In this document: one piece after another, positions 12,456-24,732 of the stretch
Numbering within the stretch: position 1 is the first letter of the stretch
Layout of the letters: the number at the start of each line of letters is the position of its first letter
Assembly (NCBI RefSeq): GCF_020745735.1
Contig: NW_026868439.1
Location: forward strand, 1-44,669
From: Hemiscyllium ocellatum
Taxonomy: Eukaryota
Direction: 5' to 3'
Length of the DNA stretch: 44,669 nucleotides
Position numbers and translations under genes: made by a program
Notes under the pieces: generated by a model
Databases searched by the model: none
The model's input: the letters and a program-made list of their open reading frames with translations, nothing else
Told to the model about the DNA's origin: nothing

Positions 12456-12695
12456 ACAACTTTTCTGTCTGCTGGCGGGCATCAGAAAACCAGAGCTGAG
12501 CAAAAATTACCTTAAACCTATCGGTGCCCGTCATGAACATCTGGAGTTCGTACTCGAGCTGTCTATCTGGACACTGATAGTATCAGAAAAAGTGATATGT
12601 AGCGCCAGTATCGGTGCAGTTTAAAGTGACATCTTCTCCCTCTGTCTGTGTGAGAAAAGGATTGTGCTGAGTTACAGATTTCCTATCACTGAGAC
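12456..12695 (-). pseudogene. TCR V pseudogene of a different family, 3'-truncated by the Penelope-like element
   Basis: Acceptor ctccag| at 12697-12696, then GLSDRKSVTQHNPFLTQTEGEDVTLNCTDTGATYHFF*YYQCPDRQLEYELQ...FAQLWFSDARQQTEK. The conserved Trp codon is TGA (12585-12583). Cys104 and the RSS are missing. A decayed leader probably lies at ~12800-12850. Confidence 0.82.
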
Positions 12696-14479
12696 CTGGA
12701 GCACAGGGTTAAAGAAAATGATTAAATGTTCCACAGATGGTGAAAGTTCCCAGTCGGTAGGAACGAGAGCCCAAAGAAAATTTCTTTTGCCCATCAGGCC
12801 CATGTCTCTCTGTGAGTAATTACCAGGATCAGCAACCCTCCCATTTAGTCATATCTAACTGCAAGTCCCTACGCCTATTTCACTCTCATGTGTACGTCTA
12901 CTTCACACTTCAATGCGTCTTTACGATTCTTTTCAACGATTTCTCAATGGGGCTGACATTTTCGCCCAAAACACTTGCTGAAGGAATTCCTTATGCACTT
13001 CCAGATAGACGATTTTTGGGCACAAAGGTCTGAAACATCCATGGGGAAAGCATCCTCTCCAACTCTAATGCACCTAATAGTCCATCCAACGATATAAATC
13101 ATCCAACTCATATCCTCCTTAGTAGAGAAAGCAATCACAATCTTTGCATTGATTCATGGAAGATGTTCTGTGATCGCTGGAATCGCTTTTCATTTCTATT
13201 TTGTGGCTCCATTACTCCTTCTGTATTGAAGAGATGAGAATTGCTGACAATAATTCAAATGTTTTCCAATCCAGGTTAGATGCACTTTTAAATCTCGTAC
13301 ATTGTTTTTATTTCAAATTTACCCTTCAACAATGTCATTCTATTTAAAACATTAAGCTTCTCACCTAAAATAAAGTTCACAAAGACCAGAGCAGTATTGA
13401 AGGGTCACATCACGGCTGCACCAGTATTCGAGAGGCCGTTATGTACTGCAAAAACCGAGAGAACCTTGAACAAGAAAATCTGGGAGCATTAGCAAAGGCT
13501 CAATAGATGTCACCTGTTCCATAACGTGTGATAGGATGTGCTCAGATCGTTGGACCTGATTGGTCTAATGTCACTTCTGTCAACACAACTTTGTATTTAT
13601 TAAAAATGCATTCTTCTCATCAGATATAAAGCTGAATAAACATAGACAATTTAGCTGTAACTGACTTCGTCGACAATGAGATCTCCAACAGAATGAGAAA
13701 CACCTTATTCTCAAACTGACTTGACAAATATTAATATTTACAAATGAACTGAGGGATAATTTGACCAATATTTGTCTTGAGAGAGAGAGAGAGTTTGGTC
13801 TTAAATTTATGAAAGACCCAGCTTACCTGTAATTGATAAGAGAGCCATTTGATACCCCACTGACTAAACTATTTTCACTGGTAGGATTCTCTCTAATTCA
13901 AGGAACATGATCCAGAGAATTAAGAGAGGAAATAAATATGCCTTATTTTATGCATTGAATCTTGTCATGAAATATGAGTCACGGAGCTAGAGAAGAAGGA
14001 AAGCAGACTCCCTGCTAATTTTCTGGAAAAGTGCTCTAAAGACTCTTGCAATGGATGGAAATATGCAAAGCTGCAGAATTTATGAAGCGCGATGAGTTGA
14101 ATAGCTATTCAGCTCTTTCAAAGTGAAGTCACAGACAGAATGTCTGAATGGCGTCGATTTGCTTTACATGTTTCCAAAATTCTTGACCTGTTATCCCCAC
14201 GATTTGCCCCTCAGTGACTCTGTTACAAAGGGAACACAGTGGGCACATATTTCTCAACATTCACCAGCTCCGGGTATAGCTGAGTGGCGCTTTGCACTTT
14301 CTGTTCACACTGTCGCCCGCATCTTTCGTTTGCTGCACTCACGGTGATATGCCTTCCCGTCCACGTGTTCCTTGAGGGTTTGCTGCAGGCCGCATTTTTT
14401 TTCCCTTGATTATGTCACCTTTGACCGGGAATTAAGGATGTGGTTTTACCCAGGCGTTGACTCCAAATCCACAAACACC

Positions 14480-14950
14480 ACGAAAAACGGTCTTGTCTTG
14501 CTCTTCGTGATAATCTGTCTTGAAAGAAGGTATTTTATTTGCCAGCAAAATTCAATCTCCCCCCACCCACCCCCTTCCCACCCAGATGATTTTTAACATA
14601 TTTTATTTCATGAACATGAGGTCAGCAGGGGACAACATAATAACCTGTTCCTGATATAGCAGTTAAAGAGAGAAATAACAATAACATGCAACCTGAAGAC
14701 GTACGATTCTGTCCCTAAAGTTTACTACCACAGTGAGCAAACACAGTAGCTTCCACAGCATGTTTATTTGTTGCAGAAGTGATGTCAAACAGAAATTATG
14801 ACTCCACGGATATATTCTCTGTCAAATTGACTAAAATTACGAAGATTACCAAGTTCCCGACCAACAAGACCGTCATCCTCACCAGCGCGGTTCATCTCTG
14901 TGCAATGAGTGGCACTGATGCAGAGTGAAAGCAGATCCCATACAAAAAAA
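14480..14950 (+). pseudogene. Inverted TCR V pseudogene (V3-like family) with decayed leader, V exon and RSS
   Basis: The 46-nt leader ACG-KNGLVLLFVIICLE has ATG>ACG and donor GT>GA, and matches the V3 leader at 28/46 nt. The V exon (~14613-14912) reads QQGTT**PVPDIAVKE / ITCNLKT / DIFSVKLTKITKITKFPTNKTVILTSAVHLCAMS. It is followed by GG-CACTG, 24 nt, ACAAAAAAA (14942-14950). Confidence 0.85.
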
Positions 14951-16974
14951 AACTCATTTACAGTTGCAGCGAAAGTCAATATTCCATAATTATTTATTCA
15001 GTAACACCAGATTTCTTTGTCATAATGGAAGGGATATATGGATCTATCTGAGGAGATTGTCCTGACGTTTCGACTTATTTGAGGAGCTATTGATTCAGCA
15101 TTAAGCCAAATTTCAAGTAACCAGTTGTAATACCACTTGCAACCAGTCCCACACCTGACTCATCATTCTGACTAGGAAATATACTACAATTCCATCTGTG
15201 TCACAGAGTGACAATCTCTTAACTCCCTTCCAAACAACACTCCCGGTATCCTCATACACCAATGGCAACAACAGGTCAAGGACCCAACTCACCAGCACCT
15301 TCTCCTTGGCGATTAGGATGAGACAAGAATTTTTCTGTAAATGAATCTTTAGAAATATAAACGCATCTTTTTTGTCGCCATTTCCTCTGGAAGACTGAGC
15401 CACCTGTCATCTGAGCTGATGTTCCATTTCAGGGCATTTCCTTTCACTGGCAGGCAGCTCATCACTCTCAGTCTCTCAGATCTATTCAGGGTATTAGGCA
15501 GTGAGTTGAGAGTATCTTGCGTAGGTCAACAGATGAGTGAGGGTCGAGAGTAGAACCAATGTTTTAAAATATCCACGTTCCTTTCCTCGAATGAACAAGA
15601 CGATGCTGTTGGTCAGAGTCTAGACTCTGTGGCGATCAATGCTGATTGGTAATTATGCATCAAAGACATTCCATTTTCTTCTTTTATTTCCCGGAGGTAA
15701 TCTGATTCTGAAGTTGAAGTATCTCTCTGTCCAATAATTTAGTTATTGAACAGTCTTGTCAATTCTGAGTCATGATCATTTTGTGACTGCTGCCACTGTC
15801 TTCAGACAGAAGGAGAGCTGTTCCCATGACAACGACTGGCGGCACAAATATTGAATCTCCTAGCAGCAACACACAGACATCCGCAGCTCATTTTGTGGAA
15901 GCAATTGAGAAAATCTAATTAGAAAATAGATTTGTTCGATTTTGTTTCTCTGTCAAATTCCAGACAGCGAATGCATTTAAAGCAAACATGCAAACTGCTA
16001 GAGGAGTGGGCCGAAAATACAGATTTTAATGTTTCGGATTCTGGGGCACTTGTTCAAAATAAATTCACGATTTTTTGGGCCTGAAGTTGACTGAATCTCC
16101 AGTGAGTTACTGATTTCTCAGACTCGCATTGGTGGACAACAGACGGAAACGGACAAAAATGAGCCAAAACATCGTTTTCTTAGAGTTAGTTTCGTGCGGC
16201 CTCTTTAACTCTCGTGGAAGTGCCTGCATGTTTCCCTCTGTGGATGAAAATGAAGTTCACTAACAGCAGGGAGTGTTGAAACAGTTTTACCATGTCGAAA
16301 ATCAGTTTCATTCGTTTCTAAATAAAATATTAGGTTGAGAATATTACAAAGATGTACACTAGAAAGTCCACGACAACGAAGGCTGTGTGTCGAGTGCTGG
16401 AAAATAGCATCGGAACAGATGATCGGAATTGAATCGATGGGCGAAGACATTTCCTTCTCTGCTGGTAAAAGTCGATGGCATGATAATTTTGCAAAACAAT
16501 AAATGCATTTCAGTCGTGAAAGAGATCGAAAATGAAATAGATCAAAAGTTAAAAATGTTATGATTTTAAAAAGTTAAATGGCAATTCAATGTCTTCCCTT
16601 TTGGTCCAGCAGTTAAGATTCAGCATGTACTCATGCCATCTCAAATTAATTTCCAAGTCAGGAAATGAGGATTTATTGCTCCTTCACAAACTCATCAACT
16701 GGAGTCTTTGACACTGAAATCACTGAAACCAGATCAGTTCTGTCAGAATCAGTGAGAATGTATCACATCACTTGAGCCAGGTGCAAATGGGAGAGATCAT
16801 CGTTATCTAGTATCTTAGATCACTGGGCTGCAGTGTTACAGAAAATTAATTTCTTACTTAAATATACAAGGTTCTCAGCGAACTTCATATGTTTGAGGCA
16901 GAATTTTTTTTCACTTTTGTACACAATATTGGCTCAGTAGGGATAATCTGGGGAAAGGGCTGGGACGATACAGA

Positions 16975-17160
16975 GCTGACGAGAAATTTCTTCTCTCAGA
17001 AAGTAGTGAAACTATGGAATTCTTCATTGCATTGTGATGGATGGTTCGTTTAAACATTTTCAAGGCTGAAATAGACGGATGTTTACTCAACAAGGAAATC
17101 TCGTGTTCTGGGGTAGGCAGGAAAGTGGAGTTGAGGATCAGCAGTTCAGACTCAATCTTC
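16975..17160 (+). mobile_element. CR1-type LINE 3' fragment
   Basis: Decayed RT C-terminus/3' end resembling shark CR1 (..ttctctcagaaagtagtgaaactatggaattc..ttcaaggctgaaatagac..). Confidence 0.55.
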
Positions 17161-19322
17161 TTCTGCTCCGAGGTTTTGCGATCTTATTATGAAGGTACAT
17201 GACTAACTTGATTATGGATTTGATGCTTGAACTGAGAGAGAACAATTGAGCTGCATATAACAGCAATTAAAGTTTTAACTGCCACATTCGTGTTTATTCC
17301 ATTCTTGCTTACCTGTCAGTCTCGATATGCAATTGTTCTGCGCGTTTATCTGTGATCACAAAAGTTACTGCCTCAAAATCATGCAGGGATAATGTCTTCT
17401 TCTTCTCTTCACAGCAGCTTCGATCGTCGTGTACACCAGCAAACATGGCAACCATTGGTTTCTGAAGTCACTTTACCACTTGGCCCTTTTTCTGTCTGGC
17501 TTTCTCTGGAGGTTCACTGGGATGTCCTTTTGGATACCATTCGGTAGCTTGTCTCTGTATAAGTGATCATCTGAACACACATCCTTAATGCTCACTCATG
17601 TAAAATTCTGAAATGTATGGGATTCCAAATCTCTTGGTGTTCCGGAACTCGCGGCATGTAAAGTGTGCAGAAACAGAATTCCTCATAACTTTTAAGAAGT
17701 ATTTCAATGAATGGTTGCATTACCAACTCAAACAAAGCGATGGGCTAAAAGCTGGAGAATGGGATTAGCATAGTTAGGCCCTTTTTTTTCACCTGTGCAG
17801 ACTATCGGTGCGGAAAGTTGCCTTCTGTGCTGCAAACCTTAATGACTCCATAACTAGCAGTAATCAGGTCACTCCGCTCAGTAGACGAAGCAACAGTAGA
17901 ACGTTTGCAAGTAAAGTGCACCCACACCAAATAGGAGTGAGACACACTGTTTCTAGATGCATGCTCAGTCATGATATATATATTTTTTTCTTTTCTTTCA
18001 CAGCACCCATGGTGTGTGTGTGCAGGTGGGAGACACAGTGAGAGACACAAAGTGCACAAATCTTTATTTAATTTCCATCACCAGGAAATCAGTCATGATA
18101 TGTATTGCATCATTAGGCACGCTGTGAATGTGTCAGAATTCTTACCAATTAAAACATTAACCAGGGTTCATATGAAAATGCTGGGTAAAATCAGTTCTCA
18201 AAATTCAAGAGAACATTGTTCAAGTCAGTCCCTTGGAGTAGAGACTCTTTAGTTACTCGGTACCCATTCGTAAATAATCAAAGAGTGACTGAAACTTGCA
18301 TTGAGAATGATTTACCATACATTGAATGAGGCCTTGCCTTGGTCGTCATTGTTTTGCAGCGTTTCTGTTTTATTATTAAACTAAATATTTATTCCTTCAT
18401 TTTTTTGTCTCTGTTAACCTTGCATGAGACTGCCTTGCTTATTATTACATGGCACCAAATATCTACTATATCGTATGTGTCGTGTTTTATATCATTATGT
18501 TCAGCTCTGTATCATGTATTGTTATATTGGATAATATATAATTCCACGTTCCATTGCACAAGTCTCCCTTAGTAACGCCTTTCCTGTTACAGTTCAATAT
18601 ATTTTTCAGCACAATGACTCTTGTCTTAAGGGCACCAACAGTTCAGCAAATGGGCATGATACCATTACTCAAAAATTATACTTCAGTTATCACTTTACCT
18701 CATGTTGTCTGTTTCTAATACACCAGGCCATAAACGTCTATCAACGCATTAGAAATTCTATGAGAACCTCCAACACTTGCTGGCGCTTACTGATTTTGTG
18801 GTTTCACAGAACAAATAAATGCCCTGCAGTTTCTACATTGCTCAGCATTTGTCTGCGAAAGTGTCCTTCTCAGATGCCTTCTTTAGGATTTTAAAACAGA
18901 CTTCAAACATTTCAGCCATGGATACGTGAACTCACTTTGTACAAATCAAAAAGCAAAAAAGGAGAACTAAATAGATGAAAGATTCTTGAGATATTTAGAA
19001 CAGCCTGTAACTAATGAGTGATGGTTTTAGGTTCGAGATGGGGGTCTCAGCTTAGTTTTAATTCAAGAACGCAACGTGTGGTAAGAGTTGAAGGCAGACT
19101 TTGCCCTTTTATTTTTTTCGATTTACAAATTTCCACGAGCAATGTTACAAATGGAAGATCAAAGTTTTTGTTTTTTATTGGCAGAACTGCACCTGACGTG
19201 CACGTTCTAACTTAATTTGCCCTCTGGAGATTTCCAGTTAGAATAAATGAGAGATACATCGAATAAATGTCAGGGCTGCAGTCTGGAAATTCGGTAAGTC
19301 CTTCAATCGCTGAAAACAAAAG

Positions 19323-20676
19323 ATGCATGGGCCGGCGAATGGGCTATTGTTTGCAATTTTCTATCTATTTCTCGCTCTTATTGGTACCCCCGGTAAGCAG
19401 TCTGTTGTAACTCAGCTATGCTTTTATTCTTCATAAAAATTTGATCTTTGCCTTCATGATCTGGCTGAATATCAGCAATAACCAATGTTTTGTCTAGATA
19501 ACGGACTTCAACCAGGTCCCCATATGTGTCAGTTGTCAGAGAGTAGAACTTGGAGCAGAGGAGTTTGCAGTGATTCCTATACTAGCAAGTGTTTAATCCA
19601 GCAATTGATATTGAGCAATTACCAACAATTTGGAAAGGTCTGAATTTGAGTCTAAGTCTCAGCATGGAAATTAGATGGATTAAGTCACTTTCAGTGTCAG
19701 ACTGCATGTGGCTGCTGTCTGGCGTTTGGAGGTTGTTTGGTATCATCTATCTCACTCTTTCTTCATCTTCCACAGCAAACGTGTTAGCGATTATTATCTT
19801 ATCTCAAGGATGCTGTGGTCTCTCCCGATGCATCACCTTCTACCTACTGGCGATAGCGGTCGCTGATTTCTTAGTTATCATCAGTGGATGTATCCTCAAC
19901 AGGATTGGCCGCATCTATTTTAGCTACAGCGTTCTGTCCACCACCCCTGGCTGCAGTCTCACTGCTGTGCTGATGTACGCCACGCGAGATTGCTCCGTCT
20001 GTCTGACAGTGGCTTTCATTTCGACCGTTTTGTGGCAATCTGCTGCCAGAGTCTGAAGACCAGATACTGCACTGAGAAAACTGCGTCACGAGTCATAGGG
20101 CTGATCTGTGTCCTGCTCTGTATCAAGAACGTCCCTTTCTACTTTATCTACAAGCCCATGTATATACTTGATGCAGTGCCCTGGTTCTGTGATATCAAGG
20201 CGATATTCCACACTTCGCCCACTTGGCAGGTCTACCGATATTTAAACAATATACTTGTCCCCTTTCTTCCGTTATTCCTCATTGTACTGTTCAACGCCCT
20301 CATTGTAAGACACATTGTAATGGCCAACAGAGACCGCGAGAGACTCCGTGGAGCTGGAAATGATGGAGACTCAGAGATGGTGAACCGCAAGAGGTCCATT
20401 GTCCTGCTCTTTGCCATCTCTCTTAGTTTCCTCCTCTTGTGGGTTACTGATATCGTACGCTTTCTCCACAGAATGGTTACCGGTGAGGAGTATGTTGGCA
20501 AACGGAACTTCAACGACCCCAAGTACATCCTTCAAGAGACAACCAACATGCTCACCTTATTCAACTCCTGCAACAACATCTTTATCTACGTGGTATCACA
20601 GAGAATGTTCCGGGAAGAACTCAAGAAAATACTGATGCGTCCCTTCCAAATGTTAACTGCCAGCACTAAGTGGTAG
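19323..20676 (+). pseudogene. Class A GPCR of the GPR139/GPR142-like family expanded in cartilaginous fish; two exons (19323-19392, 19776-20676), one 1-nt frameshift at ~20018
   Basis: Exon 1 MHGPANGLLFAIFYLFLALIGTP-G|GTAAG; acceptor ccacag| then ANVLAIIILSQGCCGLSRCITFYLLAIAVADFLV...CLTVAF. Frame shifts at TTC AT TTC GAC, then FDRFVAICC...RKRSIVLLFAIS...NNIFIY...TKW*. Restoring one base gives ~323 aa with seven hydrophobic segments. Confidence 0.88.
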
Positions 20677-21100
20677 AAAGAAAAATGTGCAGAAGATCTT
20701 GCCAGTACTTCCCTTGAGGTATGTAAAGCCCTCTCCCAGAATCAGCCTTCAGTGGCTACAGGGCTGTAGGAGAACTGTAAGTTGTTCCAGTAGTTCTCTG
20801 TTGCCAGCTCAAAAGAATTTGAACATCCAGCTGTTCATTATGGATGCATACTCAAGGATTGTACCTATTAGCTCAGCAAGTACGTAAAATATTCCATCTT
20901 TATCACTTCAAAATGAAAAGAGATTTCTCTCTTCAACCCTGGTCAATAATTATCCCTCGTGTCATAACAGTGAGGTCATGTTTCTCCTTATTCACTCTGG
21001 CTTTGTTTTTATTTGAATCTTACTGTGCTCATTCGTTGCTAATTTTGGATAAAATGATTGTAAAGTCCACAATTTCGTCAAAAGTATATAATTCGTCATT

Positions 21101-21159
21101 CCACCCTTCGATCCTTCCCTCTTTCCTTCCTTCCTTCATTCTACCCTCCGTTCCTTTCC
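21101..21159. repeat. Degenerate (CCTT)n microsatellite
   Basis: ccacccttcgatccttccctctttccttccttccttc...ttcctttcc. Confidence 0.75.
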
Positions 21160-21780
21160 ATTACGGGGTATCAGTCTCATTGTGAACGCAACAGGCTTAC
21201 AAATCATAAACAGGTACTTTCCTGATTTGATGTATAATGGCGACTCGAACGCTCCAGTCGGCCCAACGGTCTTGCATATCATCAGAACCAAGATTCATTG
21301 TCAAATCAGAAAAAGTGTTGTGATACGAAGAATCTGCCATGGTTTAGTGGAATAGGAAAAAATGGCTCAAAAAACAGACACGAAATATAAACAACCATAC
21401 ATATGAGTATGTTCTGCTAGTATGCTAACGGAGTCAGAATTGTTCAACAGTGATAAACACAGGTATTAGAATAAATCATTTTTGAAAAGTTGTTTTTAAT
21501 GATGTTTCTGTTTCTTTTGGTAGCGAACGTTTAAATTGATCTTGAAGAGATGAGAGTATTTGTCATTCTAACTGTCCATTCCTTTCTTGGGTTTAACAGA
21601 ATTAACGCATTTTCTCTTTCTGAAAAATATTTCCGTTTGTAAGTATTTATCAATGTGTCACTTAATCAGGCCAGTTTACTAATACCTCCTTAAAAATTAC
21701 ATTCAAAGATTGGAAACTCATCTGTCACGTTTTGGAACGTTTTTGAACATTCCCAACTGTTAGTGAGTTTTGAGAAGACT

Positions 21781-22560
21781 AGTAGCTCGGGCTGAGGTGT
21801 CGGGAGGTGGGTTTTTTCGCTGAGCTGGAAGATCAGTTTTCAGACGTTTTGTCACCATACTAGGTTACATCATCAGTGAGCGTCCGGATGAAGCACTGGT
21901 GGTCTGGCCCACTTTCTATTTACGTGATTAGGTTTCCTTGAGTTGGTGATGTCATTTCCTGTTCTCTTTCTCAATGGGTGCCAAATAGATCCAAGTTAAT
22001 GTGTTTGATGATAGAATCTAGTTGGAATGCCATGCTTCTAAGAACAGTCGCATGTGTCTCTGTTTGGCTTTTTTCTAGAATGGATATGTTGCCCCAGTCG
22101 AAGGGATGCCTTTCCTCATCTGTATATAAGGATTTTTTCAGAGTGGATCATATCTTTTCGTGGATAATTGTTTTTCATGTAACATGCTGGCCAGTTCTCT
22201 GACTGTTGGCTTGTTTCAGTTCTTGCAAGGTATTTTGGAAATTACATTAGTTCTGCTTTTTGTTTGTATAAGCTCTTTCAAGTTTATTAGCTCCTGTTTG
22301 AGTGTGTTAGTGGGTTTGTGGGCTATCATGATATCAAGAGGTCTGAGTAGTATGGCAGTCATTTTTGAGGTGTCTTTAATGTAGGGGAGAGTGGCTCTGT
22401 TTTCTGGGCGAGTTTTGTCTGCTTGTTTGGGTTTGTTTCTGAGAAATTGGCGAGCTGTGTTCTTTGGTTACACTTTCTTAATTCCTGCATTGGTGATTTT
22501 CCTTTGCTCTTCGTAGATCCATCTGTGCTGTCGTGTTTTGTCGCTTGTTGCAATAATGTT
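21781..22560 (-). mobile_element. Penelope-like element of a second family, 3' part (C-terminal domain, GIY-YIG remnant, pLTR)
   Basis: Minus-strand translation pieces LPYIKD..LLRPLDIMIAHKPTNTLKQEL, PCKN, HPFDWGNISILEKAKQRHMRLFLEAWHSN; decayed hammerhead motif at ~21838-21880. Confidence 0.82.
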
Positions 22561-24732
22561 CAAATGCAGCTTAATTTTTGGGTGTTGCGATGATTGCTTC
22601 TGTAATTTATTAGTTTGTCCGTATCTGTTATTTGCCTGTAGAGACAAGTTTGAAGTTCACCATTGTCATTTAAAAATGCCTTGTAATAACTGCAATAAAC
22701 ACTAGATTGGACAAGCTAGCAAAACAGTGGTGTGCAGGATACATGAACGCCGTTGGTCATTTTGAATATGGCTGTGCATCTTTTTGCCAATGTATAACTG
22801 TGATTCACTTCCTCATTATTCCGAATCTCACATATGCTCATTTTAGTTGCAATCAAATTCTAAATAAGATGTATGAAGTTTATCGGGGCTTAGATCGGGT
22901 AGATTGGGAGAAAATGTACCCCTTAATAAACTGCTCGACAACAGAAGGCACAGTTCTAAGGTAAGAAGGGATTTGTGGAAACAAAATCTCTCAAAGTGCA
23001 TTGGTTATGCGAAACCCATTGCCTAACATAATAGAGGCAAGAAATTGCAAAACGTTTAAGATGTGTTTGCCTGCGTGTTGAAACGCCACTGCATATGACA
23101 CAATCAGTCAGAATGGTGAATACTGGATTCAACAATTAATTGTTTGATGTCTGACGTGGAAGTGATGCATTGGAGCATTTTTTTTCATCTTGATGTCAAG
23201 ACTCTTTGGCTTAGTGGCAGGAGAGAGCATCATTTTCGACCAAATTTAACGATGGGCTATTGGAAATGAAATGACATTTCCTGAGCTACGTTCCGCCACG
23301 ATCAACAGCCTGAGTGCAACCATTGGCAAGAAACCAAAATGTATTCTTCATTGAAACAGCAGATCAGAGGCTAGAGATACTGCAGCGAGTAATTTCGAGA
23401 ATCAAGATGAACTTTCAGCAAGTGACAAGAGTATGATGGTGTATTCTCCACTTTCCCAGATAGCTCACCAAGCATACATCGAACTTGTACTGCAGTCAGA
23501 GCAAAGCAGACGGGATAAGTATTGTGGCATCCACCATCGCTCTCAAAAGTTCTAATACAATATCTGCCTGTGTGGTTTGGTTGGGAACACAAAGTTTTCT
23601 ATTTTATTCATTTTTGCAGAAGTGGTTGCCTTGGGCTCGTTGTGTTCTATGCTGGCGTTTTACACACTGTTATTCAGGATTCATATACTGGTAATTAATA
23701 TGTATATGATAACATCACCAACAAATGTATTAAATGAACGAATCTGATTCCCAAATTTATAGAATACATAGGCACCTGAGCGAAAAGACGAGTAGAGGCA
23801 ATTTCAGGTTAGTAGTAAGACCTCCAGTTAGCATCTCCCATCAGAAAATCCAGTTGATACATATATCAAAAGTGGATTTGGAATAAAAGCCTAAACTTTC
23901 CTTGCCAGCAGTCTGTTTTAAGATAATGGAATTTCTCATTTGTCAATGTTACAAATTGAAGTTTCGTAAAGGTGAGTTAATCTGTTCATTGAATTTTATT
24001 TGAGCTGCATGATTCTATTTAGCTACTCCCTGAAGACTATCAGTTAGAATAAATGAGAGGCAAGTTGAATCTGTTGTATAACTGAACTGTGCAGCTTGGA
24101 GAATGTCCTGAGGAAGACATAAGACAATACTATTGAGTAAGGAAGTTGCATAATATGTGATCTCGACAGTTAAAATCATAGCAGAGTGATTAATATCAGA
24201 CCGAAAAACTGAAAAAGTGCAGTTATTTTGAAATATCAGGTAGGAACACCATACGAGTTATTAATCTATGTGGCCTTTCACAAATTAAACAATGAGGTTA
24301 TTAAAGGTGAGTGATTACCAGCCGAATGCTCATATAATCAGGGAGCATAGATTTTTCAAGAAGAACAGGTCTGGTTATGAATACGGAATGTGTCACACGA
24401 TCTTATTTATCTATTAATTTGGATAGCTCGCTACTGAATTGAAAAAATGACTTGAGAACAGCGTTGGTAGAGGAAGGCTCTGACGGCAAGGTACCTGATA
24501 TTGACAAATGTGTAATTCAACATTAAACACTGAAGTATTACCAAATAATTTGTGCATTTTGAGGCTGGAGATAACACAAGTTAAGACGAGGAGGGTTTCA
24601 GTATCAGATTGGCTGAAGTGGCTGCTCATCATTGATCTCAAATGAGCAACATCCATCTGATAAAATTACGTGTGATATGAAGTATAGATATTGCAACTTA
24701 CATTTTACGAGTAAACTTACTGTTTCTCACAG

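Noticed and set aside
13419-13456. RSS-like CACCAGT-22 nt-GCAAAAACC on the plus strand
   Set aside because: Poor heptamer and no V, D or J coding sequence next to it; compatible with a chance cryptic RSS.
15600-16200. V-like snippets (DAVGQS.. on plus; MFWLIF..EKSVTH.. on minus)
   Set aside because: Cys/Trp spacing is wrong and there is no RSS; not supportable without a profile search.
18034-18040. Perfect heptamer CACAGTG (others near 14235 and 14729)
   Set aside because: No nonamer at 12 or 23 nt; the one at 18034 lies in CA/GA-rich low-complexity sequence.
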